Shown here: piece after piece, positions 47,230-58,744 of the stretch
How the letters are laid out: every line of letters begins with the position of its first letter
Numbering within the stretch: position 1 is the first letter of the stretch
Assembly (NCBI GenBank): GCA_965652295.1
Contig: CBFGTS010000004.1
Location: forward strand, 192,001-256,000
Length of the DNA: 64,000 nt
DNA from: an uncultured Haloferula sp.
Lineage (GTDB): Bacteria > Verrucomicrobiota > Verrucomicrobiia > Verrucomicrobiales > Akkermansiaceae
Reading direction: 5' to 3'
The notes under the pieces: model-generated
The model's input: the letters and a program-made list of their open reading frames with translations, nothing else
Told to the model about the DNA's origin: nothing
The model's database searches: none
Program-made: the position numbers and the translations under genes

Positions 47230-48054
47230 ATGGATCGTCAACCGCGTGGGCGCGCATGGCAGGGGAAAAAGCGGGCGGCGAAGAAAGCTCCATCGCAGGG
47301 CTGGGACCCGGTGGCGGCATGGTATGATCAGCTCGTCGGTAAGGGTGGCTCGGATTATCACCAGCATGTGGTCCTTCCCGCGACCTTGCGGATGCTGGGC
47401 GAGGTGAAGGGAAAGCGGGTGCTCGACCTGTGCTGCGGACAGGGTGTTTTGGTGGCGGATCTTTTGAAGGGCGGAGCGAAGGAGGTCGTGGGGGTGGATG
47501 CGAGCCCGCGGCTCATCGATTCCGCCAAGCGGCGTTTCGAGAGGGAGAGATCGGTGTCTTTCGTGGTGGCCGATGCCTGCGCGGAAAAGAGCCCGTGGGC
47601 CGATGGTTCCTTCGATCTAGGAGCCTGCCTGATGGCCGTGCACGACGTTCCGGATCTGCCCGCTATGGCCCGCAACGCGGCGGCAGCGCTGAAGCCGGGC
47701 GGGGAAATGGTGGCAATTTTCATGCACCCCTGTTTCCGCATCCCGCGGCAGACGCACTGGGGCTGGGACGAGGGACGGCGGTTGCAGTATCGTCGGATCG
47801 ATCGCTATGGCGTGGACCTGGAGATTCCGATCAAGACCCACCCCGGGAAGGGCGGAGACTCGGAGACCATGTTCTACCATCGGCCGCTGGCGGACGTGCT
47901 GAATGCCTTCGGGCGGGCCGGCTTGGCGGTGGTGGAAACCGAGGAACTCTACAGCCATCGCCGATCCCAAGCGGGCGGGATCCGCAGCAAGGGCGAGCAC
48001 CGCGCTGCGAAGGAGTTTCCGATGTTTCTCGGCCTGCGGATGGTGAGGTTGTGA
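47230..48054 (+). CDS. Class I SAM-dependent methyltransferase
   Basis: VLDLCCGQG, GVDAS, LKPGG, HPCF, YHRPL. Confidence 0.88.
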   Translation: MDRQPRGRAWQGKKRAAKKAPSQGWDPVAAWYDQLVGKGGSDYHQHVVLPATLRMLGEVKGKRVLDLCCGQGVLVADLLKGGAKEVVGVDASPRLIDSAKRRFERERSVSFVVADACAEKSPWADGSFDLGACLMAVHDVPDLPAMARNAAAALKPGGEMVAIFMHPCFRIPRQTHWGWDEGRRLQYRRIDRYGVDLEIPIKTHPGKGGDSETMFYHRPLADVLNAFGRAGLAVVETEELYSHRRSQAGGIRSKGEHRAAKEFPMFLGLRMVRL

Positions 48055-48078
48055 GGAGAGCGGGCAATCCTGCCCGCG
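48055..48078 (+). repeat. REP palindrome upstream of RAYT (family C)
   Basis: GGAG-A-GCGGGCAATCCTGCCCGCG. Confidence 0.85.
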
Positions 48079-48128
48079 CGGCAACCTCAGGACTTGCTTC
48101 GGTCATCGCAGTTCGGCAGCTCTGGAGC

Positions 48129-48719
48129 ATGCGATTCTTCGATCGCGATGCCGGGATCAAGAAGCACGGGACCCGTTTGCCGCACTGGCAACAGGGGACC
48201 GTGGTGCAATTCGTCACCTTCCGCTTGAGCGATGCGATGCCCGTTTCGAAAGTGAGACCATGGAAGATCGAGCGTCAGAATTGGCTGCAACGGCACCCGA
48301 AACCATGGACTGTCGAAGTCGAAGCGGAGTATCACCGTCGGTTCACCGACCAGCTTGAAAAGTGGCTGGATGCAGGTCATGGCGCGTGCCATCTGAGGAA
48401 ACCCGAGGTCCGCGAAACGTTGGAAAAAGTGCTTCGATACGATGAGGGTGAACTCGCCGAGCACCATGCTTGGGTGATCATGCCGAACCATGTGCATCTC
48501 CTTTTCACGCCCCGTGCACCCCTGGAGGAGCTGATGAGAAAATGGAAGGGGATTTCGGCGCGGAGAATCGGGCTGGGACCGATCTGGCAGCGAGGGTATC
48601 GCGATACATTGATCCGCGATTGGCGGCACTACGGCAACGCGCTTCGGTATATCAGGAAGAATCCGGCGAGACTGCGGGAGGGCGATTACTCCCTTTGGGA
48701 GAGGCGAGAAGCTCCTTGA
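48129..48719 (+). mobile_element. REP-associated tyrosine transposase (RAYT, Y1 HUH)
   Basis: LPHW...FVTFRL.D, WVIMPNHVHLL (HUH), IWQRGYRD..IR, YIRKNP (catalytic Tyr); flanked by identical palindromes. Confidence 0.9.
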
Positions 48720-48727
48720 GGTGACCG

Positions 48728-48746
48728 GCGGGCAATCCTGCCCGCG
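48728..48746 (+). repeat. REP palindrome downstream of RAYT (family C)
   Basis: GCGGGCAATCCTGCCCGCG, identical to 48060-48078, direct orientation. Confidence 0.85.
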
Positions 48747-48749
48747 TCG

Positions 48750-48881
48750 TTATTTTCCGCAGCCGCACCCGCCTCCGCACGACCCGGATTTGCGCTTCTT
48801 TTTCCTGAGAACACGGAGAAGTACGATAAACAGCGTAGCCAAAACGATGGCGGCGGCGGCGATGGATTGCCAGTCGTTCAT
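48750..48881 (-). CDS. FeoB-associated Cys-rich membrane protein
   Basis: 43 aa: TM helix, basic run, CGGGCGC; directly after feoB. Confidence 0.85.
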   Translation of the reverse strand: MNDWQSIAAAAIVLATLFIVLLRVLRKKKRKSGSCGGGCGCGK

Positions 48882-48885
48882 GGGA

Positions 48886-50757
48886 TCAAAAACCAAGCAG
48901 CAGGCCCACCTGATAGACCACCAGGGAGGCCAGGCAGGCAAAGGCGGACATGAAGAAAAACTGGCAGGCGGCCCATTTCCACGATCCCGCCTCGCGGGCG
49001 ACGACGGCGGAGGTCGGCAGGCACTGGAGCGCGTACACGTAGAAAACCAGCAGCGACACCACGCTCAGCGGCGTGAACATCGGACGGCCGTCGGGCCACT
49101 TCGCTTCGGCCATTTGCTCGCGGAGGCGGATCTGGGTGTCGGCATCGTCCGCGCCTTCCTCGACTTCGAAAAGCTGCGCCATGGAGCCGACGAACACCTC
49201 GCGCGCGGCGAAGGAGGTGAGGATGGCGGTGCCCGTCCGGCCGTCGAAACCCATCGGCTTGACCACCGGTTCGAGGACGTGGCTGAGGCGGCCGACGACG
49301 GAATGCGAGAGCCGCTCGGCGGGGTCGTCGCTCTCGCTCTTCGGGTAGGTCTGCGCGGCCCAGAGGAGGATCATCAGGGCGAGGATGACGGTACCGGCTT
49401 TGCGGACGAAGGACCAACCGCGGTCGAGCAGGTGGCGGAAAATGTAGCCCCACTGTGGGGAACGGTAGGGTGGCAGCTCGAGGATGAAGTGGGTGGCCTG
49501 CTCGTCGGGACCGAGCTTCTTTCGCAGCAGCTTCGCTGCAGCGAAGGCGGTGAGCGTGCCGATGGCGTAGAGGCCGACGAGGACGAGTGCCTGTTTCCAC
49601 CCGCCTTCGCTGCCACCGAGGAGCAGCGGGATGAGCAGCAGGTAGACCGGCAGGCGTGCAGTGCAGCTCATCCAGGGGGCGACGAAGAGGGTGGTGAGCC
49701 GCTCTTTCGCTGAATCGATCGTGCGCGTGGCCATCACGCCGGGAATCGCGCAGGCATAGGAGCTGAGGAGGGGCAGGAAGGCTTTCCCGCTAAGTCCCAC
49801 GCGGGCCATGAAACCGTCCATCAGGTACGCTGCGCGGGCCATGTAGCCGGAGCTTTCGAGCAGCCCGATGAAGAAGAACAGCATCAGGATCTGCGGCAGG
49901 AAGATGATCACCGAACCGACCCCACCGATGATCCCGCTGACGATCAGGTCGCGCAGGTCGCCTTCTGCCATGGCACCGAGGACGACTCCTTCGAGCCATC
50001 CTTGAGCCGACTCGATCCAGCCCATCGGGATGCCGGCGATGGAAAAAATCGACCAAAATACCGCGAACATGACGGCGAGGAAAGCGACCCAGCCGAATAC
50101 CGGATGAAGCAGCACCGAGTCGATGCGGTCGGAGGTGGTCACGCTGTGCGAATCGGCGCGGCGGGCGGCGGTTTCGCACAGGCGGGTGATGAAATCACGG
50201 CGGCCGCTTTCGCCCTCGGGGCCGGTCGGCCAAGCGACCTTCGGGGACGTTGCGGGGAGCGGAAAGCGCAGCGCCTGCTTCAGTTCGATGAGGCCTTTTT
50301 TTGAGCGCGCCTGCATGGGGACCACCGGCACGCCGAGCTCCTCGGAAATCTTGAGCGGGTCCAGCCGGATGCCGGTGCCTTCCGCGACATCGACCATGTT
50401 CAGCGCCAGTACCACCGGCAGGCCGGCTTCGATGACGTCGAGGGCGAGGATCAAATGCCGCTCGAGCGCGGAGGCATCGACCACGCAGACCACCAGGTCC
50501 GCCTTGCCGAGGTCCGGAATGTCGCCATCCAGCGCTTTGCGGGCCACCTCTTGATCGGGCGAACTACCACGAAGATCGTAGCAACCGGGGAGGTCGACCA
50601 CGCGGACCTTGCGGCCATGGGGCGTGCGGGTGTGACCGATCTTGAGGTCCACGGTGACGCCCGCGAAATTCCCGACCTTGGCGTTCTGACCGGTCAGGGC
50701 ATTGAAGAGGGTCGTCTTGCCGACGTTCGGGTTACCAGCCAGCAACACCGTTTCCAT
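48886..50757 (-). CDS. feoB: Ferrous iron transporter B
   Basis: GNPNVGKTTLFNALTG, GVTV, DLPG, NMVD, LESSGYMARAA, CAIP, FILELPPY, AREVFV. Confidence 0.95.
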   Translation of the reverse strand: METVLLAGNPNVGKTTLFNALTGQNAKVGNFAGVTVDLKIGHTRTPHGRKVRVVDLPGCYDLRGSSPDQEVARKALDGDIPDLGKADLVVCVVDASALERHLILALDVIEAGLPVVLALNMVDVAEGTGIRLDPLKISEELGVPVVPMQARSKKGLIELKQALRFPLPATSPKVAWPTGPEGESGRRDFITRLCETAARRADSHSVTTSDRIDSVLLHPVFGWVAFLAVMFAVFWSIFSIAGIPMGWIESAQGWLEGVVLGAMAEGDLRDLIVSGIIGGVGSVIIFLPQILMLFFFIGLLESSGYMARAAYLMDGFMARVGLSGKAFLPLLSSYACAIPGVMATRTIDSAKERLTTLFVAPWMSCTARLPVYLLLIPLLLGGSEGGWKQALVLVGLYAIGTLTAFAAAKLLRKKLGPDEQATHFILELPPYRSPQWGYIFRHLLDRGWSFVRKAGTVILALMILLWAAQTYPKSESDDPAERLSHSVVGRLSHVLEPVVKPMGFDGRTGTAILTSFAAREVFVGSMAQLFEVEEGADDADTQIRLREQMAEAKWPDGRPMFTPLSVVSLLVFYVYALQCLPTSAVVAREAGSWKWAACQFFFMSAFACLASLVVYQVGLLLGF

Positions 50758-50781
50758 CCGATCGTCTTCCCTCACAACAAA

Positions 50782-51033
50782 TCAGACGGGACAAACCTTC
50801 ACCTGCTCCGCAAGCTCGCGGCTGAGCGCCATCCGGGTGCCGCAGACCGAGCAGATCAGGTTGCGGCCATGAGCCAGCTTGCGGACCTGCATGGTTTCGC
50901 AAAAGCCGAGCCTGCGGAGCTGATCGCACGCCGGCCCTGACAGAAAGCGGATCCTGAAGTCACAGCCGACCCGGGCCTGAGACAGGCTCAGAAGGGTGTC
51001 GGTTTCGAGATCTTGCGCTTCCGCGTGCGGCAT
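50782..51033 (-). CDS. feoA: Ferrous iron transport protein A
   Basis: SH3-like FeoA pattern LRRLGF...GTRMALSRELAEQV; upstream of feoB. Confidence 0.85.
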   Translation of the reverse strand: MPHAEAQDLETDTLLSLSQARVGCDFRIRFLSGPACDQLRRLGFCETMQVRKLAHGRNLICSVCGTRMALSRELAEQVKVCPV

Positions 51034-51052
51034 GACGTCTGGACGGTCCGGT

Positions 51053-51072
51053 AAATGAGACGGGGTTGCAAT
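51053..51072 (-). promoter_or_regulatory. Candidate iron-responsive (Fur-like) operator
   Basis: Imperfect AT-rich dyad AATGAGA-N5-TTGCAAT 20-40 nt upstream of feoA. Confidence 0.4.
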
Positions 51073-51104
51073 AGCAAACTGAGAGGCTTCCTGAATTTCC
51101 CCGA

Positions 51105-51596
51105 CTACACGGGCGGGAGCGCGCGGGCGATCTCCAAGAGCAGACCTTTGCAGGCGTCTTCGACGATGTCGGCGACCCGGTCGAAGCCGCTCTGGCCTCC
51201 GTAGTAGGGATCCGGCACATGGTCGGCCTCCAGAGCGGTGCAGTAGCGGGTGAGAAGGTGGATCTTCGGATGGGTGTCGCCGTTGGGATCGAGGCTGCGG
51301 ACGTCGGAAAGATTGTCTTGGTCGGCCACCAGGATGAGGTCGAAGCGATCGAGATCCCGCCGCTGGATCTGGCGCGCCGCACCGTGGATGGGATAGCCGC
51401 GTTGCTTGAGGGTGGCGGCCATGCGGCGGTCGGGCTCGTGTCCGGCGTGGTAGCCGATGGTGCCGGCGGAGTCTGCCTCGATGCGATCGGCCAGGCCGGC
51501 CTCGTGGACCAGGTGGGTGAAGACGATCTCGGCCGCAGGAGAGCGGCAGATGTTTCCCATGCAGACGAACAGGACTCGGAACGGGTGGGATTTCAT
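51105..51596 (-). CDS. Low molecular weight protein-tyrosine phosphatase
   Basis: VLFVCMGNICRS, DSAGT, VPDPYYG. Confidence 0.93.
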   Translation of the reverse strand: MKSHPFRVLFVCMGNICRSPAAEIVFTHLVHEAGLADRIEADSAGTIGYHAGHEPDRRMAATLKQRGYPIHGAARQIQRRDLDRFDLILVADQDNLSDVRSLDPNGDTHPKIHLLTRYCTALEADHVPDPYYGGQSGFDRVADIVEDACKGLLLEIARALPPV

Positions 51597-51689
51597 GGCG
51601 GAAGACGGCTCACTTCTTGTCCGCACGTTTTCGTCGTGTGGCAACCAAATGCGCGCAACTCCGCGACCTCCGGAGGGTTGCCCTCCATC

Positions 51690-53036
51690 ATGGCCATGAA
51701 TTCATCCGTCACCATCGGTGTCGCAGCCCTGCTTCTGGGGGGCGTCGGCGGTTTTATCGCAGGGAAATCCGGCGGCTCGGATGCCGGTGACGCCCCCGCC
51801 GCGGGCGGGCACGAGGCGAAAATGCGTCGCGAGGCTTCCGTTGACTCCGGGCAGGAAACCGGCTCCGGCTCCCGTCCCCGCAGCGTGCAGGAAGCGCTGG
51901 GTGAGGCGGGCCAGCTCGCGCGCATGCAGTCGCTCGTGGATCTTTACGAAAACATGAGCATCGAGGAACTCGCGGCCGCCGCGGATTCGCTTGAGGATCT
52001 GCCGATGGGCGATCGTATCCTCGCTTCCATCCTGCTATTCAGCCGCTGGGGCGAGGTCGATCCGCAGGGCGCGCTGGCTTACAGCCAGACGATGGGTTTC
52101 GGCGGCATGTTCGCGCGGCCCACGATTCTCCGCAGCTGGGCCAGTGTCGATCCGGTTAATGCGGCCAAGTATTACTCCGAGAACGCGAGCGATTTCCGCG
52201 GCCCGGGCGGTCGCGGGCGCGGTGGCGAAGACGGTGCCGATGTGGTCGCCCGCGAATGGGCGAAGCTCGATCCGGAAGCGGCGCTCGCATGGGCGAACAC
52301 GCTTGAGGGCGGGGACCAGGGCAGTGCGCTGGTTTCCGTGGTGGGCGAGGTGGCCGCCACCGATCCCGCCAAGGCGGCCGCGATGGCCGCGACTCTGAGT
52401 GGTGACGATCAGGTCCGCGCCTACGGCGAAATCGCCGGGAAATGGGCCTCCGAGGATTTCGATGCGGCCAAGAGCTGGATCAACACGCTCAGCGGTGAAG
52501 CCAAGGAGCGGGCGATGTCGGAGGCGCTTCAGGTGCTGGCCCGGACGGATCCGGATGCCGCCGCAGCCGAGCTGGCGACGATGACCGAGGGCAATTACCG
52601 GGACCGCACCGTGGCCGTGCTGGCCGGAGAAATGGCCGAAACCGATCCCGCGCGAGCTGCCGAGTGGCTGGGTAGCCAGGAGACGGGCGACTACGGCGAC
52701 GCGATGCGCCGGATCATGAACAACTGGGCGGCGCAGGATTCAGCCGGGGCCCTGACCTTCATCGAAGCCCAACCCGTGGGCGAAGTACGCGATGCGGCCA
52801 CGCAGACCTACCTTTGGCAAAATCAAAGCCTTGAGCCCGCCCGGGCCGTGGCACTGGCAGAGGCCATCACCGATGATCGCGACCGCAACCGCACGATCGG
52901 CATGACGGCTCGTCGCTGGATGGAGAGCGACCCGGCTGCGGCCCGTGCCTATGTGGAGTCGAGCACCGCCCTGAGCGATCGGGCCAAGGAACGGATTCTC
53001 GACGGGCGCGGAGGGGGCTGGGGCCGCGGTCGTTAA
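51690..53036 (+). CDS. Hypothetical membrane-anchored helical-repeat protein
   Basis: N-terminal TM; recurring W...DP.AA..W/Y repeats. Confidence 0.8.
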   Translation: MAMNSSVTIGVAALLLGGVGGFIAGKSGGSDAGDAPAAGGHEAKMRREASVDSGQETGSGSRPRSVQEALGEAGQLARMQSLVDLYENMSIEELAAAADSLEDLPMGDRILASILLFSRWGEVDPQGALAYSQTMGFGGMFARPTILRSWASVDPVNAAKYYSENASDFRGPGGRGRGGEDGADVVAREWAKLDPEAALAWANTLEGGDQGSALVSVVGEVAATDPAKAAAMAATLSGDDQVRAYGEIAGKWASEDFDAAKSWINTLSGEAKERAMSEALQVLARTDPDAAAAELATMTEGNYRDRTVAVLAGEMAETDPARAAEWLGSQETGDYGDAMRRIMNNWAAQDSAGALTFIEAQPVGEVRDAATQTYLWQNQSLEPARAVALAEAITDDRDRNRTIGMTARRWMESDPAAARAYVESSTALSDRAKERILDGRGGGWGRGR

Positions 53037-53698
53037 TCGGCAGAGTTTGGATCTTCGGCAGGGGCGGGAGCCGCGGTTTCGACCGCCTCCTGCCCTTCTT
53101 CTTCCGCATCGGCCGGGGCTTCGGTGGGAGCCGCGCCGCGTGAGAGATCGTGAACCAGCGACCGTCCGGGATGGTCCGAGTTATAACGGATGCTGAGCCC
53201 GAGATAGAGTGCGAGGAGCGCGAGAAGGGCGAATACCGCAACCGGCATCGGGCGCTGCAAGGCATGAAGGCTTTCGCGCAGGCTTTCCTTTTCCGCCTCG
53301 GTCACGAAAGCCCGCATTTTTGGGTGATCGTCCGATTTCTCCGAGTCATCGAGGACGACCGCAGAAGGGGAATCGTCTTCTTCCGAAAGCGCGGCCTGTT
53401 CGTCCTCCGTCAACGTGAAATGAAACTCCACGTCGCCGAGAAAGACCTTCCGGCCATCGATCAGCGGGGAGGTTTCGCGGGGGACTCCGCTGAGCTTCGT
53501 GCCATTGGTCGAGCCGAGGTCGCGGATCTGGAAGCCGCCCGGCACCCGCTCCATCACGGCGTGGTTGACCGAGACCGAGGCGCAGTCGATCACGACGTCG
53601 TTTTCGCTGCCCCGGCCCAGGGTGACCGCCTGGCGATCGAGCGAGAACCGGTAGGGTTGCGAGTTTTTTCCAGGAGGAGTGATGATGACACGCGGCAT
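53033..53698 (-). CDS. FHA-domain membrane protein
   Basis: LGRGSEND, SVSVNHA, DLGSTNGT; TM near the C-terminus. Confidence 0.88.
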   Translation of the reverse strand: MPRVIITPPGKNSQPYRFSLDRQAVTLGRGSENDVVIDCASVSVNHAVMERVPGGFQIRDLGSTNGTKLSGVPRETSPLIDGRKVFLGDVEFHFTLTEDEQAALSEEDDSPSAVVLDDSEKSDDHPKMRAFVTEAEKESLRESLHALQRPMPVAVFALLALLALYLGLSIRYNSDHPGRSLVHDLSRGAAPTEAPADAEEEGQEAVETAAPAPAEDPNSAD

Positions 53699-53839
53699 GG
53701 TACAGGAAACGTCGGTTGGAGCCGCTTTCTAGCGGCCGTCTGAGGGATTCGCACGGAAAATTCCCATCCCGGCGTGGCATCATGGAAATCGCGAAATGCC
53801 GGTTGCCAAGGGGAGGGCGGTTTGCTGGACTACGCTCCC

Positions 53840-54160
53840 ATGGCGAGCGCAACCAATGTTTTGTCGAGCGGAATCGAAATCACCGGTTCCATCCGTTTCT
53901 CCAATGACATGATCATCGACGGCCAGATCGAAGGAGAAATCATCTCGGAAAAGGGCAAGGTGACCATCGGCGAGAACGCCAGGGTCAAGGGCGACATCAC
54001 CGCCGGCGAGGTGAAGGTCTTCGGCAATGTCGAAGGCAAGATCACGTCCGAGCGTTGCGAGTTGAAGTCGAAGAGCCGCCTCACGGGCGACATCAAGACG
54101 AAGAACCTTTCGATGGAAGAAGGAGCGTCGCTTTCCGGGCGCACCGACATCGGCGGTTGA
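53840..54160 (+). CDS. Bactofilin (polymer-forming cytoskeletal protein)
   Basis: I.G.I repeats: IEITGSI, IDGQIEGEI, VKGDI, VFGNVEGKI, MEEGA. Confidence 0.9.
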   Translation: MASATNVLSSGIEITGSIRFSNDMIIDGQIEGEIISEKGKVTIGENARVKGDITAGEVKVFGNVEGKITSERCELKSKSRLTGDIKTKNLSMEEGASLSGRTDIGG

Positions 54161-54236
54161 CCGTTGGAACCGCGACTCTTCCTCCAAGCACGCTCCGACC
54201 TCACGGTCCGGAGCGTTTTTCATGCAGGCGGATGGC

Positions 54237-54842
54237 CTAACCGCCGAACCGGCGACAGATCCAGGCGACCCGTGCGGCCACCGACTCCATCTCGAGGAGC
54301 GTCTGGCGCTCGTCGGGGTCTTGGATGAATTGCTGCGACATCACATCGCAGAGAATCGCGGGATCGTCGATCGGTTCGCACATCGCGCGGAAGGCGTCGC
54401 CGACTTCGGCGGAAAACGAAGACAGGGCTCCCTCCGCGGCTTCCCTGAGAGCTTCGACGGCCGCCGGGGCCTGACTTTCGGGCTCGAAGATCGAGGGCAC
54501 CGGCTCGATCCGCGTCGTCGGGTAGTCCGTCCCCCGGAGCCATTCGCGGAAGCGCACGCGGATGACGCCATGAAGTAGGAGATTCGACGTTCCGTCCTCA
54601 AGCTCGCGCGAGGCGCGCACGAGCCCGATGGTCCCGATCTGCGGCACGCAGTCGGCCGGATCTTCGGTTTCCTCGCCCTGCAACCGGGCCACCGCAAAGA
54701 AGCAATGGTCGGCCAGCACGTCAGCCAGCATCGCCTTGTAGCGGGGTTCGAAAATCCGGAGGGGCAGGCCGCCGTGGGGGAACACGACGCAGTCGGGCAG
54801 CAGCATGACACCGCAGGTCTCCGGGATTTGCAGGGAAGACAT
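54237..54842 (-). CDS. Lon peptidase N-terminal (substrate-binding) domain protein
   Basis: VVFPHGGLPLRIFEPRY..M, GTIG, LEDGTSNLLLHG..R, RQTLLE. Confidence 0.88.
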   Translation of the reverse strand: MSSLQIPETCGVMLLPDCVVFPHGGLPLRIFEPRYKAMLADVLADHCFFAVARLQGEETEDPADCVPQIGTIGLVRASRELEDGTSNLLLHGVIRVRFREWLRGTDYPTTRIEPVPSIFEPESQAPAAVEALREAAEGALSSFSAEVGDAFRAMCEPIDDPAILCDVMSQQFIQDPDERQTLLEMESVAARVAWICRRFGG

Positions 54843-54887
54843 GGCAGGAGCTGAATCGCGCCCGCCACGCATGGCAACCGCATTCTC

Positions 54888-55289
54888 CTATTTCCGCCGC
54901 GGCTCCGAGGTTTCGCAGGGCTCGCCGCAGTAGGGGCAGCGGAAGAAGCGGGTAAAGCTAACACGCAGAGCGAGATAGAGGCGTGTGCTGCCGAAGATCG
55001 ACTTGCGATGGCGCGAGTTCATCGTCGCCCCCGAACGGCGGAACAGCCTGACCTGGCAGAGCGGGCAACGGATGCTTCCCGACATGGCAAAACCAACGAC
55101 TCCCAGAAAGCAAAGGCCGCCGATCACGCCGAGGGCCCAATACAAGCTTGGCTGATGCCCGAGGAAGAAGCCACGGACCAAAAAAACCGCGAGGGCGACC
55201 CAGAGAAGCGGGAAAATCAGATGAAGACCAGCGGCCGCGCGGAGGCGGGTCAGCGACCTAGAACTCGAGAATCGATGCACGCAAGTCAA
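54888..55289 (-). CDS. Hypothetical membrane protein with putative zinc ribbon
   Basis: Two TM helices then CPLC...CPYC; start uncertain. Confidence 0.65.
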   Translation of the reverse strand: MTCVHRFSSSRSLTRLRAAAGLHLIFPLLWVALAVFLVRGFFLGHQPSLYWALGVIGGLCFLGVVGFAMSGSIRCPLCQVRLFRRSGATMNSRHRKSIFGSTRLYLALRVSFTRFFRCPYCGEPCETSEPRRK

Positions 55290-55460
55290 CTAACTCGCCT
55301 TTATTATTCGTGCCATCAGCAATTTACCCAAATTTGGTCATCCAGCATAATGAGTTGATGAATAGTGATTTACGTTTCTTTGAAGGCCTGTCGGCAGTCG
55401 AGCGGCCGCGGGTTTTTCGACTAGCGCATGCGGCAGATCGGGGCATGCTCCCGCCCCGCG

Positions 55461-57702
<2,242 letters not shown>

Positions 57703-57733
57703 GCCTTTCCGGCATCGCCGACCCGATTCATTC

Positions 57734-57767
57734 AAGCCCGTCCCGGTTCGCCGGGGCGGGCTTTTTG
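57734..57767 (+). terminator. Rho-independent terminator
   Basis: AAGCCCGTCCCGG-TTCG-CCGGGGCGGGCTTTTT. Confidence 0.88.
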
Positions 57768-57817
57768 ATGACGGCAGGCAGCGCTTGTGCCCGATCCAAA
57801 CAGGGTGAGGTCCGCTT

Positions 57818-58594
57818 TTACTCGATGCCGTTGGCCTCGAGGAAGTCGTCCGGGATCGAGTCAGTCAATCGGCCGATCAGCGCGTAGTAGAAGAGCTGGG
57901 TGCCTTCCATCGACAGCCGGTGGCGGTACAGCTCGAGATGGTGGACGTGCATGTATTTCGAGAAAATCAGCGCCCGGATCAGCTTCGACAGGCCCGCCTG
58001 GTCGTTGTGATCGAGGAAGCTCTCCTTGATGTTGAAGGCCAGCCAGCCATCGGTGCGGATGTGCTTGAGCGCGCTGAAGAACGCCTTCGGGGGAATGTCG
58101 CCGAAGCCGAGCGCCGCCACGCAGGTCAGGCAGTCGAATTGCCAGTCGGCAAGCGTCTTGGACTCGTCTTCGCGGAGATCGGTGAAATCGGTGACCAGGT
58201 AGTCGTCGTAAACGTGCGGCCGATCGCGGAAGGCGGCGTCGCGCGCCTCGGGGATGATGTCGGCTCCGACCAGTCGTGCCGCTCCTTCGCGCTTGAGTTC
58301 TTCGGCCATCATCCCGTTGCCGGCACCGAGGTCGAGGATCCGAAGCTCCGTCACCGGCTCGCGCACCGAGGTCAGCGCCCGGATCAGGATCTCGGTCACC
58401 TTGGCCGGCGAGTTGCACTTCAGGCGGTCGTAGAAAAGCTGCTCGTAGAGGCCCGGACGGCGGTAGATCTCGTCGTAGTCGTGGAACCTCATGCGGATCC
58501 GTTTTCCGTCCTCGATCAGGTGGAAGAAAACCTCGTCCTGGGCCTGGGCGTGGGCTGCGGCGGGCGGAAACTGGATGTGGTGGCGTGGTAACAT
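57818..58594 (-). CDS. Class I SAM-dependent methyltransferase
   Basis: ILDLGAGNG, GADII, CVAALGFGDIP. Confidence 0.82.
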   Translation of the reverse strand: MLPRHHIQFPPAAAHAQAQDEVFFHLIEDGKRIRMRFHDYDEIYRRPGLYEQLFYDRLKCNSPAKVTEILIRALTSVREPVTELRILDLGAGNGMMAEELKREGAARLVGADIIPEARDAAFRDRPHVYDDYLVTDFTDLREDESKTLADWQFDCLTCVAALGFGDIPPKAFFSALKHIRTDGWLAFNIKESFLDHNDQAGLSKLIRALIFSKYMHVHHLELYRHRLSMEGTQLFYYALIGRLTDSIPDDFLEANGIE

Positions 58595-58744
58595 GAGAGG
58601 GCAGGCCAACAAGCCAGCCCGCGAAGGTCAAGGAGGGGCGGTGGGTTTCGGGGACCAGAAGGCCCCAACGCTCCGCGCAAGCCGTCTGCCAGAGCGTGTG
58701 GAAGGGGCGGATCCGCAGGGAGGCAGGCTCGCCCCTCCGGCGAC

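Noticed and set aside
47430..48128. N-terminal extension fusing 233 aa to the transposase (429-aa ORF)
   Set aside because: Overlaps the methyltransferase in another frame and crosses the REP; real start is ATG 48129.
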